IMG/VR virus record: IMGVR_UViG_3300045988_031971
Span: 1 to 47,918 of that record
Origin: a virus
Reading direction: 5' to 3' (one strand)
Length of the DNA stretch: 47,918 bases
Shown here in pieces: positions 24,233 through 34,270 of this stretch; within the stretch, counting starts at the first letter, position 1; every line of letters starts with the position of its first letter. The position numbers and the translations under genes are program-made. The notes beneath the pieces were generated by a model, which was given only the letters and a program-made list of their open reading frames with translations, was not told the DNA's origin and ran no database searches.

Positions 24233-24689
24233 AGACAAAAAGCCCCGTATTCTGGCGGCAGCAGAGGAAGTGGACAAGATATCCCGCTCTATGCTGGTGT
24301 GGGCCAACACCTTCCCGGAGAAGCCGGTGGACATCATCAAGTATGAGTTCCTGACCGCCGACCAGGGGGACGAAACTGGAATGGCCCTGTCCACCATCCA
24401 GGGGACCTATATCACAAAGCGGTTTATCCTGGGCGGCTATCAGGCGGAGTACCAGTTCAAGCTGATTTACCGCATCAAGCCGGGGCGAAGCAATGACAAG
24501 CGCCTGGAGGCGGATGAGATGCTGAACCACTTCGGCGACTGGGCAAGAAAAAATCTCCCGGATTTGGGAGACGAGATTCGGGCGCTCCGGGTGGAGCCAA
24601 CCACACAGTCCTCCAAGTTCGCCGCCTATGAGGACGGCTATGAGGACTACCAAATTTTAATGAAGCTGACCTACGAGGTCGGCGTGTGA
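24222..24689 (+). CDS. Tail terminator-like protein
   Basis: Sits immediately before the major tail protein. Confidence 0.45.
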   Translation: MNSEDKKPRILAAAEEVDKISRSMLVWANTFPEKPVDIIKYEFLTADQGDETGMALSTIQGTYITKRFILGGYQAEYQFKLIYRIKPGRSNDKRLEADEMLNHFGDWARKNLPDLGDEIRALRVEPTTQSSKFAAYEDGYEDYQILMKLTYEVGV

Positions 24690-24702
24690 AAGGAGAAGCA
24701 AA

Positions 24703-25242
24703 ATGCCTAATTCTGATTTAACATTTAACACCACGCCCGGCCAGACCGTGGGCCGAGAAATGTTGATTGCTTATTTAAACACAGGGGAAAATGAGACACC
24801 TAAGTGGTCTCCGATCGGCAAGCGAGTGGAGGACAGCTCCTCCGAATACGACTGGCAAACCGAAACAAAAGTGGATATTTTCGGAAATACTTACACAAAC
24901 GGAAAGAAGCCTACAATTACTCAGTCATTTGATCCGTGTGAACTGGATGCAGACGATGCGGCACAGAAGAAGATTTGGAATTTGGCTATCAAAGATCAGA
25001 ATGTCAATGCTTTGATGAACCAAGATATGCTGATAGTTCATCTGTATGCAGGAACAGCCAACACGGCGGTGTTTGCGGAGCGGTATTCTTCCTGTTCCAT
25101 TCTTCCTAGTGGGCTCGGAGGAGAAGGGGGCGGCACCATCGGAATGCCTCTTGATGTGACCTATGGAGGAACACGGACTGTTGGAACAGCATCTATTAGC
25201 GGCGGAACAGTCACATTTACAACGGAAGAAGTAGGGGTCTAA
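24703..25242 (+). CDS. Major tail protein
   Basis: Synteny and size; RBS AAAGGAG. Confidence 0.65.
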   Translation: MPNSDLTFNTTPGQTVGREMLIAYLNTGENETPKWSPIGKRVEDSSSEYDWQTETKVDIFGNTYTNGKKPTITQSFDPCELDADDAAQKKIWNLAIKDQNVNALMNQDMLIVHLYAGTANTAVFAERYSSCSILPSGLGGEGGGTIGMPLDVTYGGTRTVGTASISGGTVTFTTEEVGV

Positions 25243-25245
25243 TAC

Positions 25246-25677
25246 ATGAAAGAATTGAATTTTGATAGCGGACTCGTTACCTATTCATTAAATGGAAAGT
25301 GTGAAGTATCCTTTAACCCAACTGACAGCAATTTTGTAGAGCGTCTGTATTCTGCTTTTGAGGACTTGGACAAGAAGCAGGAGAGCTACAAGGCGCAGAT
25401 TGAGAAGATGGCGGACAAGAAGGAAATCTTCGAGTTTGCCAGGGAGCGGGATGCGGAGATGCGCGGCATCATCGATGGCGTATTTGATGCGCCTGTGAGC
25501 GAGGCGGTGTTCGGAGGGATGAATGTCTATGCCATTGCAAACGGCCTCCCCGTATGGTGCAACCTGATGATGGCGGTTATGGATGAAATCGACACAACAT
25601 TCACCAGAGAGCAAAAGCTGACCAACCCGCGCATCAGCAAGTACACGGCAAAATATCAAAAGTATCAGAAGAAGTAA
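25246..25677 (+). CDS. Tail assembly chaperone
   Basis: Lies between the major tail protein and the tape measure. Confidence 0.55.
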   Translation: MKELNFDSGLVTYSLNGKCEVSFNPTDSNFVERLYSAFEDLDKKQESYKAQIEKMADKKEIFEFARERDAEMRGIIDGVFDAPVSEAVFGGMNVYAIANGLPVWCNLMMAVMDEIDTTFTREQKLTNPRISKYTAKYQKYQKK

Positions 25678-25692
25678 CCAAAGGAGCACGCC

Positions 25693-26265
25693 ATGAGCTA
25701 TGGACTTCCAAAAAGCGTGGAGATAAACGGGAAAGAGTTTGCTATCCGCTATGATTATCGGGTAATTCTTGATATCTTCGAGGCCATGAACGACCCGGAT
25801 TCCAGCGAGGAGGACCGCGCTCTTGACGTGCTCCAGATCTTCTACATCGACTTTGACGAACTGACCGACTATGACGCGGCTATGAAAGAGGTGTTCCGGT
25901 TCATCAACGGAGGAGAGGAGCCACGGGAGCAGAGAGGTCCCCACCTTGTGGACTGGCCGATGGACTTCCCCCGCATCATCGCCCCGGTCAATCGCGTGCT
26001 GGGCTATGAAGCCCGCGCTGTGGACTACGACATCGAAACTAACACGGGCGGGATACACTGGTGGACTATTCTCTCTGCTTATTCGGAGATTGGAGACTGT
26101 TTATTCGCACAGATCGTCCGAATCCGCGACAAGAAGGCCAAGGGCAAGTCGCTAGACAAGTCTGACCGGGAATTTTACCGCAAAAACCGTGACATCATCG
26201 ACATCAAGCAGACTTACAGCGAGGCGGAGAATGACCTTGTGAACCTCTGGACTGGGGCAAAATGA
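25693..26265 (+). CDS. Gp15-family tail-associated protein
   Basis: LPKSVEINGKEFAIRYDYRVILDIFEAMNDPD matches the bacteriophage Gp15 family pattern. It has its own RBS. Confidence 0.6.
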   Translation: MSYGLPKSVEINGKEFAIRYDYRVILDIFEAMNDPDSSEEDRALDVLQIFYIDFDELTDYDAAMKEVFRFINGGEEPREQRGPHLVDWPMDFPRIIAPVNRVLGYEARAVDYDIETNTGGIHWWTILSAYSEIGDCLFAQIVRIRDKKAKGKSLDKSDREFYRKNRDIIDIKQTYSEAENDLVNLWTGAK

Positions 26266-26267
26266 AA

Positions 26268-26285
26268 CCGCCCCCGAAGGGGCGG
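26268..26285. terminator. Hairpin CCGCCCC-CGAA-GGGGCGG between convergent genes
   Basis: 7-bp GC stem. The minus strand continues TTTCATTTT. Confidence 0.6.
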
Positions 26286-26291
26286 CTATGA

Positions 26292-27146
26292 TCATCGTAT
26301 CGTACATTTTGTCAATTGAACTTGAGCAAGAGGGATTCCATCACACTCACCAGCGATTGTGATGTAGTCCCCATCCTTCAACTGTGCAATCAAATCCGTC
26401 TGGCCTCCGTCCTTCGGGAAGAAACACTGGATAGGATAAAGCCCATAACCATCGTTTGTTTCAAGCGAAATACACGGTGCTTTTGTCAAGACATCCTGCC
26501 CGATGTTCTGAATCGTGCCAGTCACCACTAAGATTTTATCTTTATACAGCGCATCGGCATTCACTGCATTCTCCTTGTACGCCGCCCACAAGCTGGTGGC
26601 TGAGATGGTGATTTCTTCCGGCTGGGGGCTTTCTGTTGGATTGGCAGACGACTGTGTTGGCGTAGTATATGGTTGGCTTAAATTGGGGCCATCGTTTGAC
26701 GGCCTATCAGAGCGGCCCCCAAAAGTAAGAGATACAGCGGCAAGCACGGCAACGACAATTACTACCGCAAAGGCAATATTTCCTTTGCTTCTCTTGGCTT
26801 GTTTCCTTGGAGAGTTCTCAAGATCGAAAGCGGTGGCCTCTGTCGTGTTTGATGCGTATTGACTATCTACCGCAAGATGAGAACCAGATATTTCCGTATT
26901 CACGACCCATACCTTGTCTTCTGGCGATATAAGAATCGAAACAGAACAATCTATCTTTTTCCCTTTTTGAAATAAAAGCGTATGCGGCCCATCTTGAGTG
27001 TAAACAGAGATTGTGTCCCCATTCCTCAAAGTCCCGACAACCTTACCGTCTAAAAGGACAGTAAAATCAACCGCACAACCCCACATGGACTTCTCCCTTG
27101 TGATTATGATTTCTTTATACCCATCCACATAAATCTTCCCCTTCAA
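26292..27146 (-). CDS. Membrane-anchored protein with an extracytoplasmic OB-fold (tRNA_anti-like) domain; moron inside the tail module
   Basis: TM helix IAFAVVIVVAVLAAVSLTF. C-terminal SLWAAYKENAVNADALYKDKILVVTGTIQNIG...IQCFF...GECDG. The start is uncertain (TTG 27146, GTG 27128 or ATG 27086). Confidence 0.65.
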   Translation of the reverse strand: MKGKIYVDGYKEIIITREKSMWGCAVDFTVLLDGKVVGTLRNGDTISVYTQDGPHTLLFQKGKKIDCSVSILISPEDKVWVVNTEISGSHLAVDSQYASNTTEATAFDLENSPRKQAKRSKGNIAFAVVIVVAVLAAVSLTFGGRSDRPSNDGPNLSQPYTTPTQSSANPTESPQPEEITISATSLWAAYKENAVNADALYKDKILVVTGTIQNIGQDVLTKAPCISLETNDGYGLYPIQCFFPKDGGQTDLIAQLKDGDYITIAGECDGIPLAQVQLTKCTIR

Positions 27147-27159
27147 GGTGGTGTTTTAT

Positions 27160-29736
27160 ATGTCCGCAGACGGTTCCATCGTCATTGAGACCAATATTGA
27201 TGATAAAAACGCACAGCGGGAATTGACCCGCCTGAATAAACAAATTAAATCGATCGAGGATCAGCTTGCATCTAAAAAGCAGGGGCGACTACCCCTTGAA
27301 AATAACCTGAACTCGGTCAACGCAAAGCTGGACGAGGCCCGGAAGCGGCTGGCAATGCTCCAGGATGAGCAGAACGCCATTAACTCCGCTATGCAAGCGG
27401 GAGCGACCGCAGATGATTATATGCGCGCCTATTCAGATAGCCCTATGGTCGAGGCCGCTCTGAAACAGCAGCAGGCCGAAGTTGACGCTATCGAAAAGGA
27501 GTGGAAACAGGCCGACAAGGCTCTTTCCGCTTACGATTCTAAGATTTCAGGTCTGGAGGCTAAACTGAACAGTGCAAAGGCGGAGGCCGGAGGTATCCAG
27601 CAGAATATGGCTAAAGCTGGTCCATCCTCCGAAAAGATGGCAAAATCCGTTGACAAGGCGCAGAAAAGTGCAAGTAAATTCTCCATGCGTCTGCGGGAGG
27701 TTATCAGGAGTGCACTGATCTTTACCATCATCTCGCAGGCACTTGCAAAATTCCGCGAATGGATGGGCAAAGTCATTAAGACGAATGACGAGGCTCGTGC
27801 TGCGATTGCCCGCTTGAAGGGTGCTCTGCTCACATTGGCACAGCCTTTAATTGAAGTCATTATACCAGCGTTTACCAAGTTTGTCGATATACTGGCCAGA
27901 GTTATTTCGATGGCGGCGCATCTTACTGCGGCCCTTTTTGGGACTACAGCAGAACAAGCTGCTGAGTCCGCAGAAAATCTATATGATGAAACAGAAGCCA
28001 TTGAGGGAACCGGGCAGGCAGCGGAGGAAGCAGAAAAGTCCCTTGCATCATTTGATGAGATCAATCAGCTTTCAGGTGGAAGCAAAAAAAGTTCCAATAA
28101 AAATCAGGAAATTGCACCCGATTTTTCCGCAGTTAATCAAAACAGCAGATGGTTACAACAAATGATGGAAAGCGTATCTGCGTGGGTCCCAACTGCTCTG
28201 ATGCTTGGAGGAATCGCGCTTGTCGCAATCGGTGCATCAATGGGAAGTCTGCTGCTCGTTATTTCCGGCCTGCTACTGCTCGGAACCGGGATTACATTTG
28301 CTAGAGAAAACGAACAACTTCGGTCTTGGGTCGATGCACTTGGGCTGAACAGTGTACAGGAATTTGTGGTCACCGCTGTTATCCTTGGCGGAATTGCGAT
28401 GGTGGCAATCGGAGCGGCAACAGCAAATATACTGCTCGTGATAGCTGGTCTTGCTTTGATTGGTGTGGCTGTTACATATACGGCGCAGAGCGGTATGATG
28501 CAAGACTGGGCAGAAACCCTTGGACTTTCGAGAGCGGCGCAGTTTATAACTGCTGCACTTCTTATTGCTGGATTTGCGCTTGTCTGTATTGGGGCTGGTC
28601 TCGGGAACATTTTGATGGTGATATCCGGTATTGCTTTATTCGCTGCAGGAGTGTATGTGGGCATTGAAAGCGGGACACTGAAATCATGGGCGGAGACGCT
28701 TGGGCTTGATTCTGCGTTTGAGTATGTAGCAGCCGCTATCCAAATTGCCGGGATTGCGCTAATTTGCATTGGAGCGGCAATGACAAACATCTTTATGGTT
28801 GTCGCAGGGGCAGTTTTACTTGCGGCTGGTATCACTATAGAAGTGCTTGGGGAGCAAACGTTGATGGTATGGTGGGAAACGCTAAAGCTCACGACTGTTG
28901 CCCAGTGGATTTCTGTAGCAATACTTCTAGCCGGAATTGCAATGGTCGCCATTGCGGCAGCTACGGCGAATATTCCGCTGTTGATTGCGGGCGCAATCGT
29001 TCTTGGTCTTGGAATTGTTGCTTCAGTAAACGAAGGACATTTGCAGGACTGGGTTGAAACATTGGGACTTGAAAAAGTAATGGGATATGTAACTGCTGCA
29101 GTTTTGCTTGTCGGGATTGGCCTTGTTGCAATAGGACTTATGACCATGAATATTTCTATGTTCCTGGGGGGCATGGCTTTGCTTGTAGCAGGGTTGGTTA
29201 TCGGGAATGAAAGTGGAACACTTCAAAGCTGGGTTGAAACTTTGCATCTTGAAGAAGTGGCTGGATGGGTTTCCACCGCAATGTTGCTTGCTGGAATTGC
29301 TTTAGTTGCGATCGGAGCGATGACGCTTAACCCAGTCATGCTTCTGGCTGGAATCGCACTCCTTGGCGGCGGAACAGCTCTCAAATTAGGGAGTAGCGGA
29401 ACAAGCGGAATTAGAGGCGGAGGCTTCAGCAGCAGAATGGCGGCCCCTCGTCTCGCCTTAGAGGATGTCCCTGCGCTGGCCCGTGGCGCTGTCATTCCGC
29501 CGAACCGTGAGTTCTTGGCGGTATTGGGGGATCAGAAAAGCGGAACAAACATCGAGGCTCCCACATCGGAAATCGAGGCTGCGGTCATGCGCGGAATCCA
29601 GCGGAGCGGGATAAACGGCCATGGAGGCAACCAGACTGTGATTCTGGAAGTGGACAAGCAGGTGCTGGGCCGTGTAACCTATCGGGCCAATCAAGCGGAA
29701 GGGAAACGAATCGGTGTGGAGTTGGTGGAGGTGTAA
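27160..29736 (+). CDS. Tape measure protein
   Basis: Largest tail gene. Coiled-coil N-terminus, hydrophobic repeats, and a conserved C-terminal VIPPNREFLAVLGDQ motif. Confidence 0.85.
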   Translation: MSADGSIVIETNIDDKNAQRELTRLNKQIKSIEDQLASKKQGRLPLENNLNSVNAKLDEARKRLAMLQDEQNAINSAMQAGATADDYMRAYSDSPMVEAALKQQQAEVDAIEKEWKQADKALSAYDSKISGLEAKLNSAKAEAGGIQQNMAKAGPSSEKMAKSVDKAQKSASKFSMRLREVIRSALIFTIISQALAKFREWMGKVIKTNDEARAAIARLKGALLTLAQPLIEVIIPAFTKFVDILARVISMAAHLTAALFGTTAEQAAESAENLYDETEAIEGTGQAAEEAEKSLASFDEINQLSGGSKKSSNKNQEIAPDFSAVNQNSRWLQQMMESVSAWVPTALMLGGIALVAIGASMGSLLLVISGLLLLGTGITFARENEQLRSWVDALGLNSVQEFVVTAVILGGIAMVAIGAATANILLVIAGLALIGVAVTYTAQSGMMQDWAETLGLSRAAQFITAALLIAGFALVCIGAGLGNILMVISGIALFAAGVYVGIESGTLKSWAETLGLDSAFEYVAAAIQIAGIALICIGAAMTNIFMVVAGAVLLAAGITIEVLGEQTLMVWWETLKLTTVAQWISVAILLAGIAMVAIAAATANIPLLIAGAIVLGLGIVASVNEGHLQDWVETLGLEKVMGYVTAAVLLVGIGLVAIGLMTMNISMFLGGMALLVAGLVIGNESGTLQSWVETLHLEEVAGWVSTAMLLAGIALVAIGAMTLNPVMLLAGIALLGGGTALKLGSSGTSGIRGGGFSSRMAAPRLALEDVPALARGAVIPPNREFLAVLGDQKSGTNIEAPTSEIEAAVMRGIQRSGINGHGGNQTVILEVDKQVLGRVTYRANQAEGKRIGVELVEV
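28138..29400 (+). repeat. Seven tandem ~180-bp (60-aa) coding repeats inside the tape measure
   Basis: Units start at 28138, 28318, 28498, 28678, 28861, 29041 and 29221. Each encodes L.SW.ETLGL plus two hydrophobic helices. Confidence 0.85.
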
Positions 29737-29738
29737 TT

Positions 29739-30134
29739 TTGAGTTACATCAAACTGAATGGGCGGGAATTTGATGCGGACATCGCTATCTCGGCCTACAA
29801 CCGGAACTTCAATGTGCTGGATGGGGACAATGCGGGCCGCGTCCTCTCCGGTCTGATGATTCGAGATATCATCGGCACATACCTTGGTCACAAAATCACC
29901 GTGTTTCGGCGCGGAGACGACTATAAAGGGCTGGATGACTTCTGGGACTATCTCTATCAGCACTCCATTGATGATTCTGTTCTACTGGAGGCGGCTGATG
30001 GACAGAAGACCATCAGCTACCAAGCCTACTACACCAGTGCATCTCAGGACATTGAGAAGGTGGAAAACGGGGTGACCTACTGGGGCGAGATTGAAGTGAG
30101 CTTTGTACCCATGGACGCACAGCTAAAGCCGTGA
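29739..30134 (+). CDS. Small tail component (distal-tail position)
   Basis: TTG start after GGTGGAGGTG. Synteny only. Confidence 0.45.
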   Translation: MSYIKLNGREFDADIAISAYNRNFNVLDGDNAGRVLSGLMIRDIIGTYLGHKITVFRRGDDYKGLDDFWDYLYQHSIDDSVLLEAADGQKTISYQAYYTSASQDIEKVENGVTYWGEIEVSFVPMDAQLKP

Positions 30135-30145
30135 GGTGATACGAG

Positions 30146-32419
30146 ATGGCGAACACGACTAAAATCGTATATGACGGACGAACATACACCGGGACAGAGA
30201 TACAGAACGGAAATATGAGACTGGCTACATCTCTGCTTTCGTCCTCTCTGGAGAGCAATACGTTCAACGTGACTTTGAAAAGCCCAAACAAGAATCTGAC
30301 CAATTTCTCCAGAAACGCTCCTATCACAGTGTTCAACGGTGAGCGTCAACTCGGGATATTTTATGTCCAGGACGTGAAGAGAACTGCAGCTGATTTGTAC
30401 AAGGTTTCGGCTACATCTGCGGTCGGTATATTGAGTGATGGTAACCACTACGGCGGCATCTATACAGGGCAGACTGCTGAATCCATTATCGGTAGCATCT
30501 GCGGGTCAGTAAAGTATGATATCCAGAACAAGCTGCGGCCCATAAAGTTATATGGCTGGCTCCCCATTGCAACACCGAGAGACAACCTCGCCCAAGTCCT
30601 GTTTGCGATGGGGGCCACTCTCCGAACAGACTTGAACGGCGTGTTACGGATCGAGGAGCTGTGGGATGGGCTGAGTGGTGACATCGGGACAGACCGAATG
30701 TATCAAGGCGCCTCTGTTGAATACGCGTCAAAAGTTACCCAAGTCTCACTGACAGAGCACCAATATGTGGCAAGTGGAGATCTTGATGAGCTGTTCAGCG
30801 GCACGACCCAAAGCGGCGATATTATCACCTTTGATGAACCGGTCTATGGTCTTACTGCCTCCGGGTTCACGATACAGAGCCAGGGCGCGAACTTTGCAAA
30901 GCTATCTGCCGGTAACGGAACTCTAAAGGGACGGAAATATAAACATAACACCCGAGAAATCATCAAAACCGTGTCTTCCGCATCTGAGCCTAACATAAAG
31001 GCAGTGAAGGACGCTACGCTTGTATCGCTGGTAAATTCACAAGCTGTTTCAAACAACCTTGTAAATTACCTAAAATGGAACCGGACAATTAAAACTAGTG
31101 TAGTTTACCAGGGGGAAATTCCGGGGGATCTTATATCCACATGGGACCCATTCGACAAGACATCTGTGGATGTTTGCATTCAAGAAGCAGACATAATATT
31201 GTCGAATACGATTAAGGCAAACGAAAAAATGCTAGTCGGATTTACCCCCATCAGGCAGGATAATAGTCAGACCTACGATGAGCACGAACTCCTCACAGGC
31301 TCTGGGACCTGGACTGTCCCGGATGGTGTTAGTGAGGTTGAGGCGGTCGTAATTGGCGGCGGCGGAGCTGGCTATGATGGGAGTCCTGGAGAGGCTGGGC
31401 CCGGCGGCTCTGGGACTTGGGGGGAAAGCCTTCGGGACGGAGATACGATTAACTTAGATGGCGTAGCCGTCGGAAGCAGCAAAAGCGCATCAACAAATTG
31501 CTCTACATCCCAAAGAAATACAGATCCAGGAGAAGGTGGAGAGGGCGGTTCGGCTGGTACACCAGGAAAGGTTTACCGAAAAACAATTTCAGTGACTCCA
31601 GGGCAAAAAATCTCATACCAATGTGGGAGCGGAGGACAGTCCAATGGTTCCGCCGGTGGAAATACGACATTTGGAAGCGTCTCGTCAAGTTCTGGATCAT
31701 CCTCCGGATCGGGATATACGGACATCATTACAGGTGAGACATACGCAACAAGTGGAGTTTCTGGCGGGAAAGGTGGAAAGGGAGGAAGTGCTGGCTCTGA
31801 AGGTGAGTCAACGGGTGGATCAGGGGGCGGATATCCGAACTCTCGGAGCATCAACGAATCTGATAACCCAAGAAACTATGGATCGGATTACAACACAGAA
31901 AGCAATGTAAGTGTGTCTGGAAATGCAGGCGGAGCTGGCGGCGGTGGAGCCGGTGGAGACTCCGGAAGCATTAATGGAGGCAATGGAGGGGATGCAACCG
32001 CCCCATCCTTCAGCTATGATCTTGATGTATCTTATGCTCAAATTAGGCTCACGCCTTCACGAGGCGGAAATGGAGGAACTGGGGCTAATGGTGCGAACGC
32101 GAGCAAATATGGATCATCTGGATCTGGAGGCGGTGGAGGCGGCGGAGGTGGCGGAACTGCATCTTCCTCCATCAACGCAAGCGCAAGTTCAACGTGCGAG
32201 GTCCTTAGGCTTACAAATGAACGACACATTGTACAATCTTATGTAACAAGCACTGACTCAAAGCCAGGCTCTGGTGGAGCCGGTGGCAAAGGTGGAGCTG
32301 GCGCGGACGGCTGCATCATCCTGTATTACGGCGTTACGACTCCGGTCCAGGACGGCCAGCTCAAGGACAAAAACGGCCTGATGCTGCTGGACAAGTACGG
32401 CAGACGGCTCATCGTATAG
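30146..32419 (+). CDS. Tail tip / tail-associated protein with a C-terminal glycine-rich domain
   Basis: 757 aa after the tape measure. GTWTVPDGVSEVEAVVIGGGGAG... and long GGxGG tracts. Confidence 0.65.
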   Translation: MANTTKIVYDGRTYTGTEIQNGNMRLATSLLSSSLESNTFNVTLKSPNKNLTNFSRNAPITVFNGERQLGIFYVQDVKRTAADLYKVSATSAVGILSDGNHYGGIYTGQTAESIIGSICGSVKYDIQNKLRPIKLYGWLPIATPRDNLAQVLFAMGATLRTDLNGVLRIEELWDGLSGDIGTDRMYQGASVEYASKVTQVSLTEHQYVASGDLDELFSGTTQSGDIITFDEPVYGLTASGFTIQSQGANFAKLSAGNGTLKGRKYKHNTREIIKTVSSASEPNIKAVKDATLVSLVNSQAVSNNLVNYLKWNRTIKTSVVYQGEIPGDLISTWDPFDKTSVDVCIQEADIILSNTIKANEKMLVGFTPIRQDNSQTYDEHELLTGSGTWTVPDGVSEVEAVVIGGGGAGYDGSPGEAGPGGSGTWGESLRDGDTINLDGVAVGSSKSASTNCSTSQRNTDPGEGGEGGSAGTPGKVYRKTISVTPGQKISYQCGSGGQSNGSAGGNTTFGSVSSSSGSSSGSGYTDIITGETYATSGVSGGKGGKGGSAGSEGESTGGSGGGYPNSRSINESDNPRNYGSDYNTESNVSVSGNAGGAGGGGAGGDSGSINGGNGGDATAPSFSYDLDVSYAQIRLTPSRGGNGGTGANGANASKYGSSGSGGGGGGGGGGTASSSINASASSTCEVLRLTNERHIVQSYVTSTDSKPGSGGAGGKGGAGADGCIILYYGVTTPVQDGQLKDKNGLMLLDKYGRRLIV

Positions 32420-32429
32420 GAGGGTAGAC

Positions 32430-32603
32430 ATGGCAACGATAGACGAACTGAATGCCCAGGTGGCACAGCTCAGGGCGGAAGTGGAGCAGCTGCGGGGGCA
32501 GATCGCCAGTGCGGGAGTCAATGCTCTGGCCGCGGCTCCGTCTGGCTACTACATGCTCAAATACAGCGGTGAAGAGATAGACACGAAACTAGGCAAGATT
32601 TGA
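32430..32603 (+). CDS. Small coiled-coil protein (57 aa)
   Basis: [25 protein letters not shown]... Confidence 0.45.
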   Translation: MATIDELNAQVAQLRAEVEQLRGQIASAGVNALAAAPSGYYMLKYSGEEIDTKLGKI

Positions 32604-34270
32604 TGGAGGTGATCGCTGTGCTCTATATGCAGGACTGGCACATTTGTGTCCCGGCAGATTTTTCGTTGGGGTTTGAGGGAGACAACAATGCCGTCACCCT
32701 GGAGATCAGCACAGATTTGCCGGAAGGCTGGGACCTGAAGGTCGATGTGGCAAAAGATGGAGAGAAAAACATCATCCAGCTCAACCGCAGAGATAACGTC
32801 TACTATGCCCTCCTCACCTCCTCCATGTTGGCGGATGATGGGGTCTACGAGATGCAGGTGCGTGGGACATTGGGAGATCAGGTCCGGCACAGCAATATTT
32901 TCCTATCCCATGTGCATAACTCCATCAACGCCACAGATGCCTTCCCCCCTCCCCTGCCCTCTGAATTTGAGCAAATGGAGGACAGGCTCAACAGCATCAA
33001 CAATAATCCGCCCCAGCCCGGCGAGAATGGATACTGGCTGATCTGGGACCCTGATGACATGGAGTACAAGGAGTCTGATATCCCTCTCCCCGCGGAAGGT
33101 GGGACTGTTGGGACCACGGATTACAATAAGCTCAAAAACAGGCCCAGCATCAACGGCGTGGAACTGATTGGGAATAAAACATCAGACGAGCTCAAAATAC
33201 CAGCAGGAGAAAAGGGTGAGAAGGGCGACCCGGGGCCGGAGGGACCTGCTGGACCAAAGGGGGACCCGGGACCGACCGGACCGCAAGGACCAGAGGGTCC
33301 AGTTGGTCTACAAGGGCCTAAGGGAGATACCGGCGAACAAGGCCCAGCCGGCGAGCAAGGACCTCCGGGAGAGCGTGGACCGGAAGGCCCCCAGGGCCCG
33401 AAAGGCGACCAGGGCGAACAGGGAAAGCAAGGACCCAAAGGAGACCAGGGAGAACCCGGCCCACAGGGACCCGCCGGAATAGACGGGACCTCATTTGTGG
33501 TAAGAGACCGCTTTGATACACTGGAGGAACTGAAATCCGCCCACCCCATTGGCGAGCCTGGGGATGCTTATGCGGTGGGCTCGGAAGATGACAACACGAT
33601 CTACATCTGGTCGGAAGACCTGATGAACTGGAAGAGCATCGGCAAGCTCCAGGGGCCAGCGGGACCGCAGGGCCCGAAGGGAGAGCAAGGACCAAAGGGA
33701 GAGCCCGGGGAACAAGGAGAGATCGGCCCGAAAGGCGATACAGGCCCCGCCGGTCCGCAGGGCGAGCAGGGCCCTAAAGGCGATAAGGGAGAGCCTGGGG
33801 AGACAGGGCCAAAAGGAGATGTGGGCCCAGAGGGGCCACGAGGCCAGCAAGGCATCCAGGGCCCTCCCGGTGAGAAGGGAGACACTGGCGACCAGGGTCC
33901 GAAGGGAGATCAAGGAGAGCAAGGACCTGAAGGGCCTGCTGGAGCTCAGGGGCCCATTGGTCCAGAAGGGCCCAGAGGAGAACAGGGCCCACAAGGGGAG
34001 CCGGGGCCGAAAGCAGAGCCGTTTTCGGTGACCCTTACGGAATCTGGATGGGCCGAAAACGAGCAAACGGTGAGCCACGATAAGATTTTAACGGGTGCTT
34101 ATTCTTACATTGTATGTCCGGCTGAAGAATCATATATGGCTTATGCCACAGCTATTGTGAGGGCAAAGGATGTGGGCACAAACGGACAAATGACATTTGT
34201 GTGTACGGAGACACCCGAAGCGGACCTTGTGGTAAATATCCTTAGAGTGGAGGCGCAAGATGGTATTTAA
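32603..34270 (+). CDS. Collagen-like triple-helix-repeat tail fibre protein
   Basis: Two Gly-X-Y blocks (31 and 40 triplets). The start is uncertain (32600, 32603 or 32627). Confidence 0.8.
   Translation: MEVIAVLYMQDWHICVPADFSLGFEGDNNAVTLEISTDLPEGWDLKVDVAKDGEKNIIQLNRRDNVYYALLTSSMLADDGVYEMQVRGTLGDQVRHSNIFLSHVHNSINATDAFPPPLPSEFEQMEDRLNSINNNPPQPGENGYWLIWDPDDMEYKESDIPLPAEGGTVGTTDYNKLKNRPSINGVELIGNKTSDELKIPAGEKGEKGDPGPEGPAGPKGDPGPTGPQGPEGPVGLQGPKGDTGEQGPAGEQGPPGERGPEGPQGPKGDQGEQGKQGPKGDQGEPGPQGPAGIDGTSFVVRDRFDTLEELKSAHPIGEPGDAYAVGSEDDNTIYIWSEDLMNWKSIGKLQGPAGPQGPKGEQGPKGEPGEQGEIGPKGDTGPAGPQGEQGPKGDKGEPGETGPKGDVGPEGPRGQQGIQGPPGEKGDTGDQGPKGDQGEQGPEGPAGAQGPIGPEGPRGEQGPQGEPGPKAEPFSVTLTESGWAENEQTVSHDKILTGAYSYIVCPAEESYMAYATAIVRAKDVGTNGQMTFVCTETPEADLVVNILRVEAQDGI
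33206..33487 (+). repeat. Gly-X-Y collagen-like block 1
   Basis: [23 protein letters not shown]... Confidence 0.9.
33653..34012 (+). repeat. Gly-X-Y collagen-like block 2
   Basis: [22 protein letters not shown]... Confidence 0.9.

Noticed and set aside
25600-25700. A programmed -1 frameshift joining the tail chaperone and the next gene (G/GT-type).
   Set aside because: The downstream Gp15-family gene has its own RBS (AAAGGAG) and ATG after a clean stop. No slippery heptamer with an overlapping frame was seen.
28138-29400. The regular 180-bp repeats could be a CRISPR array or non-coding satellite.
   Set aside because: The repeats are in frame inside the tape measure ORF, have diverged at the DNA level, and have no spacer/repeat structure.
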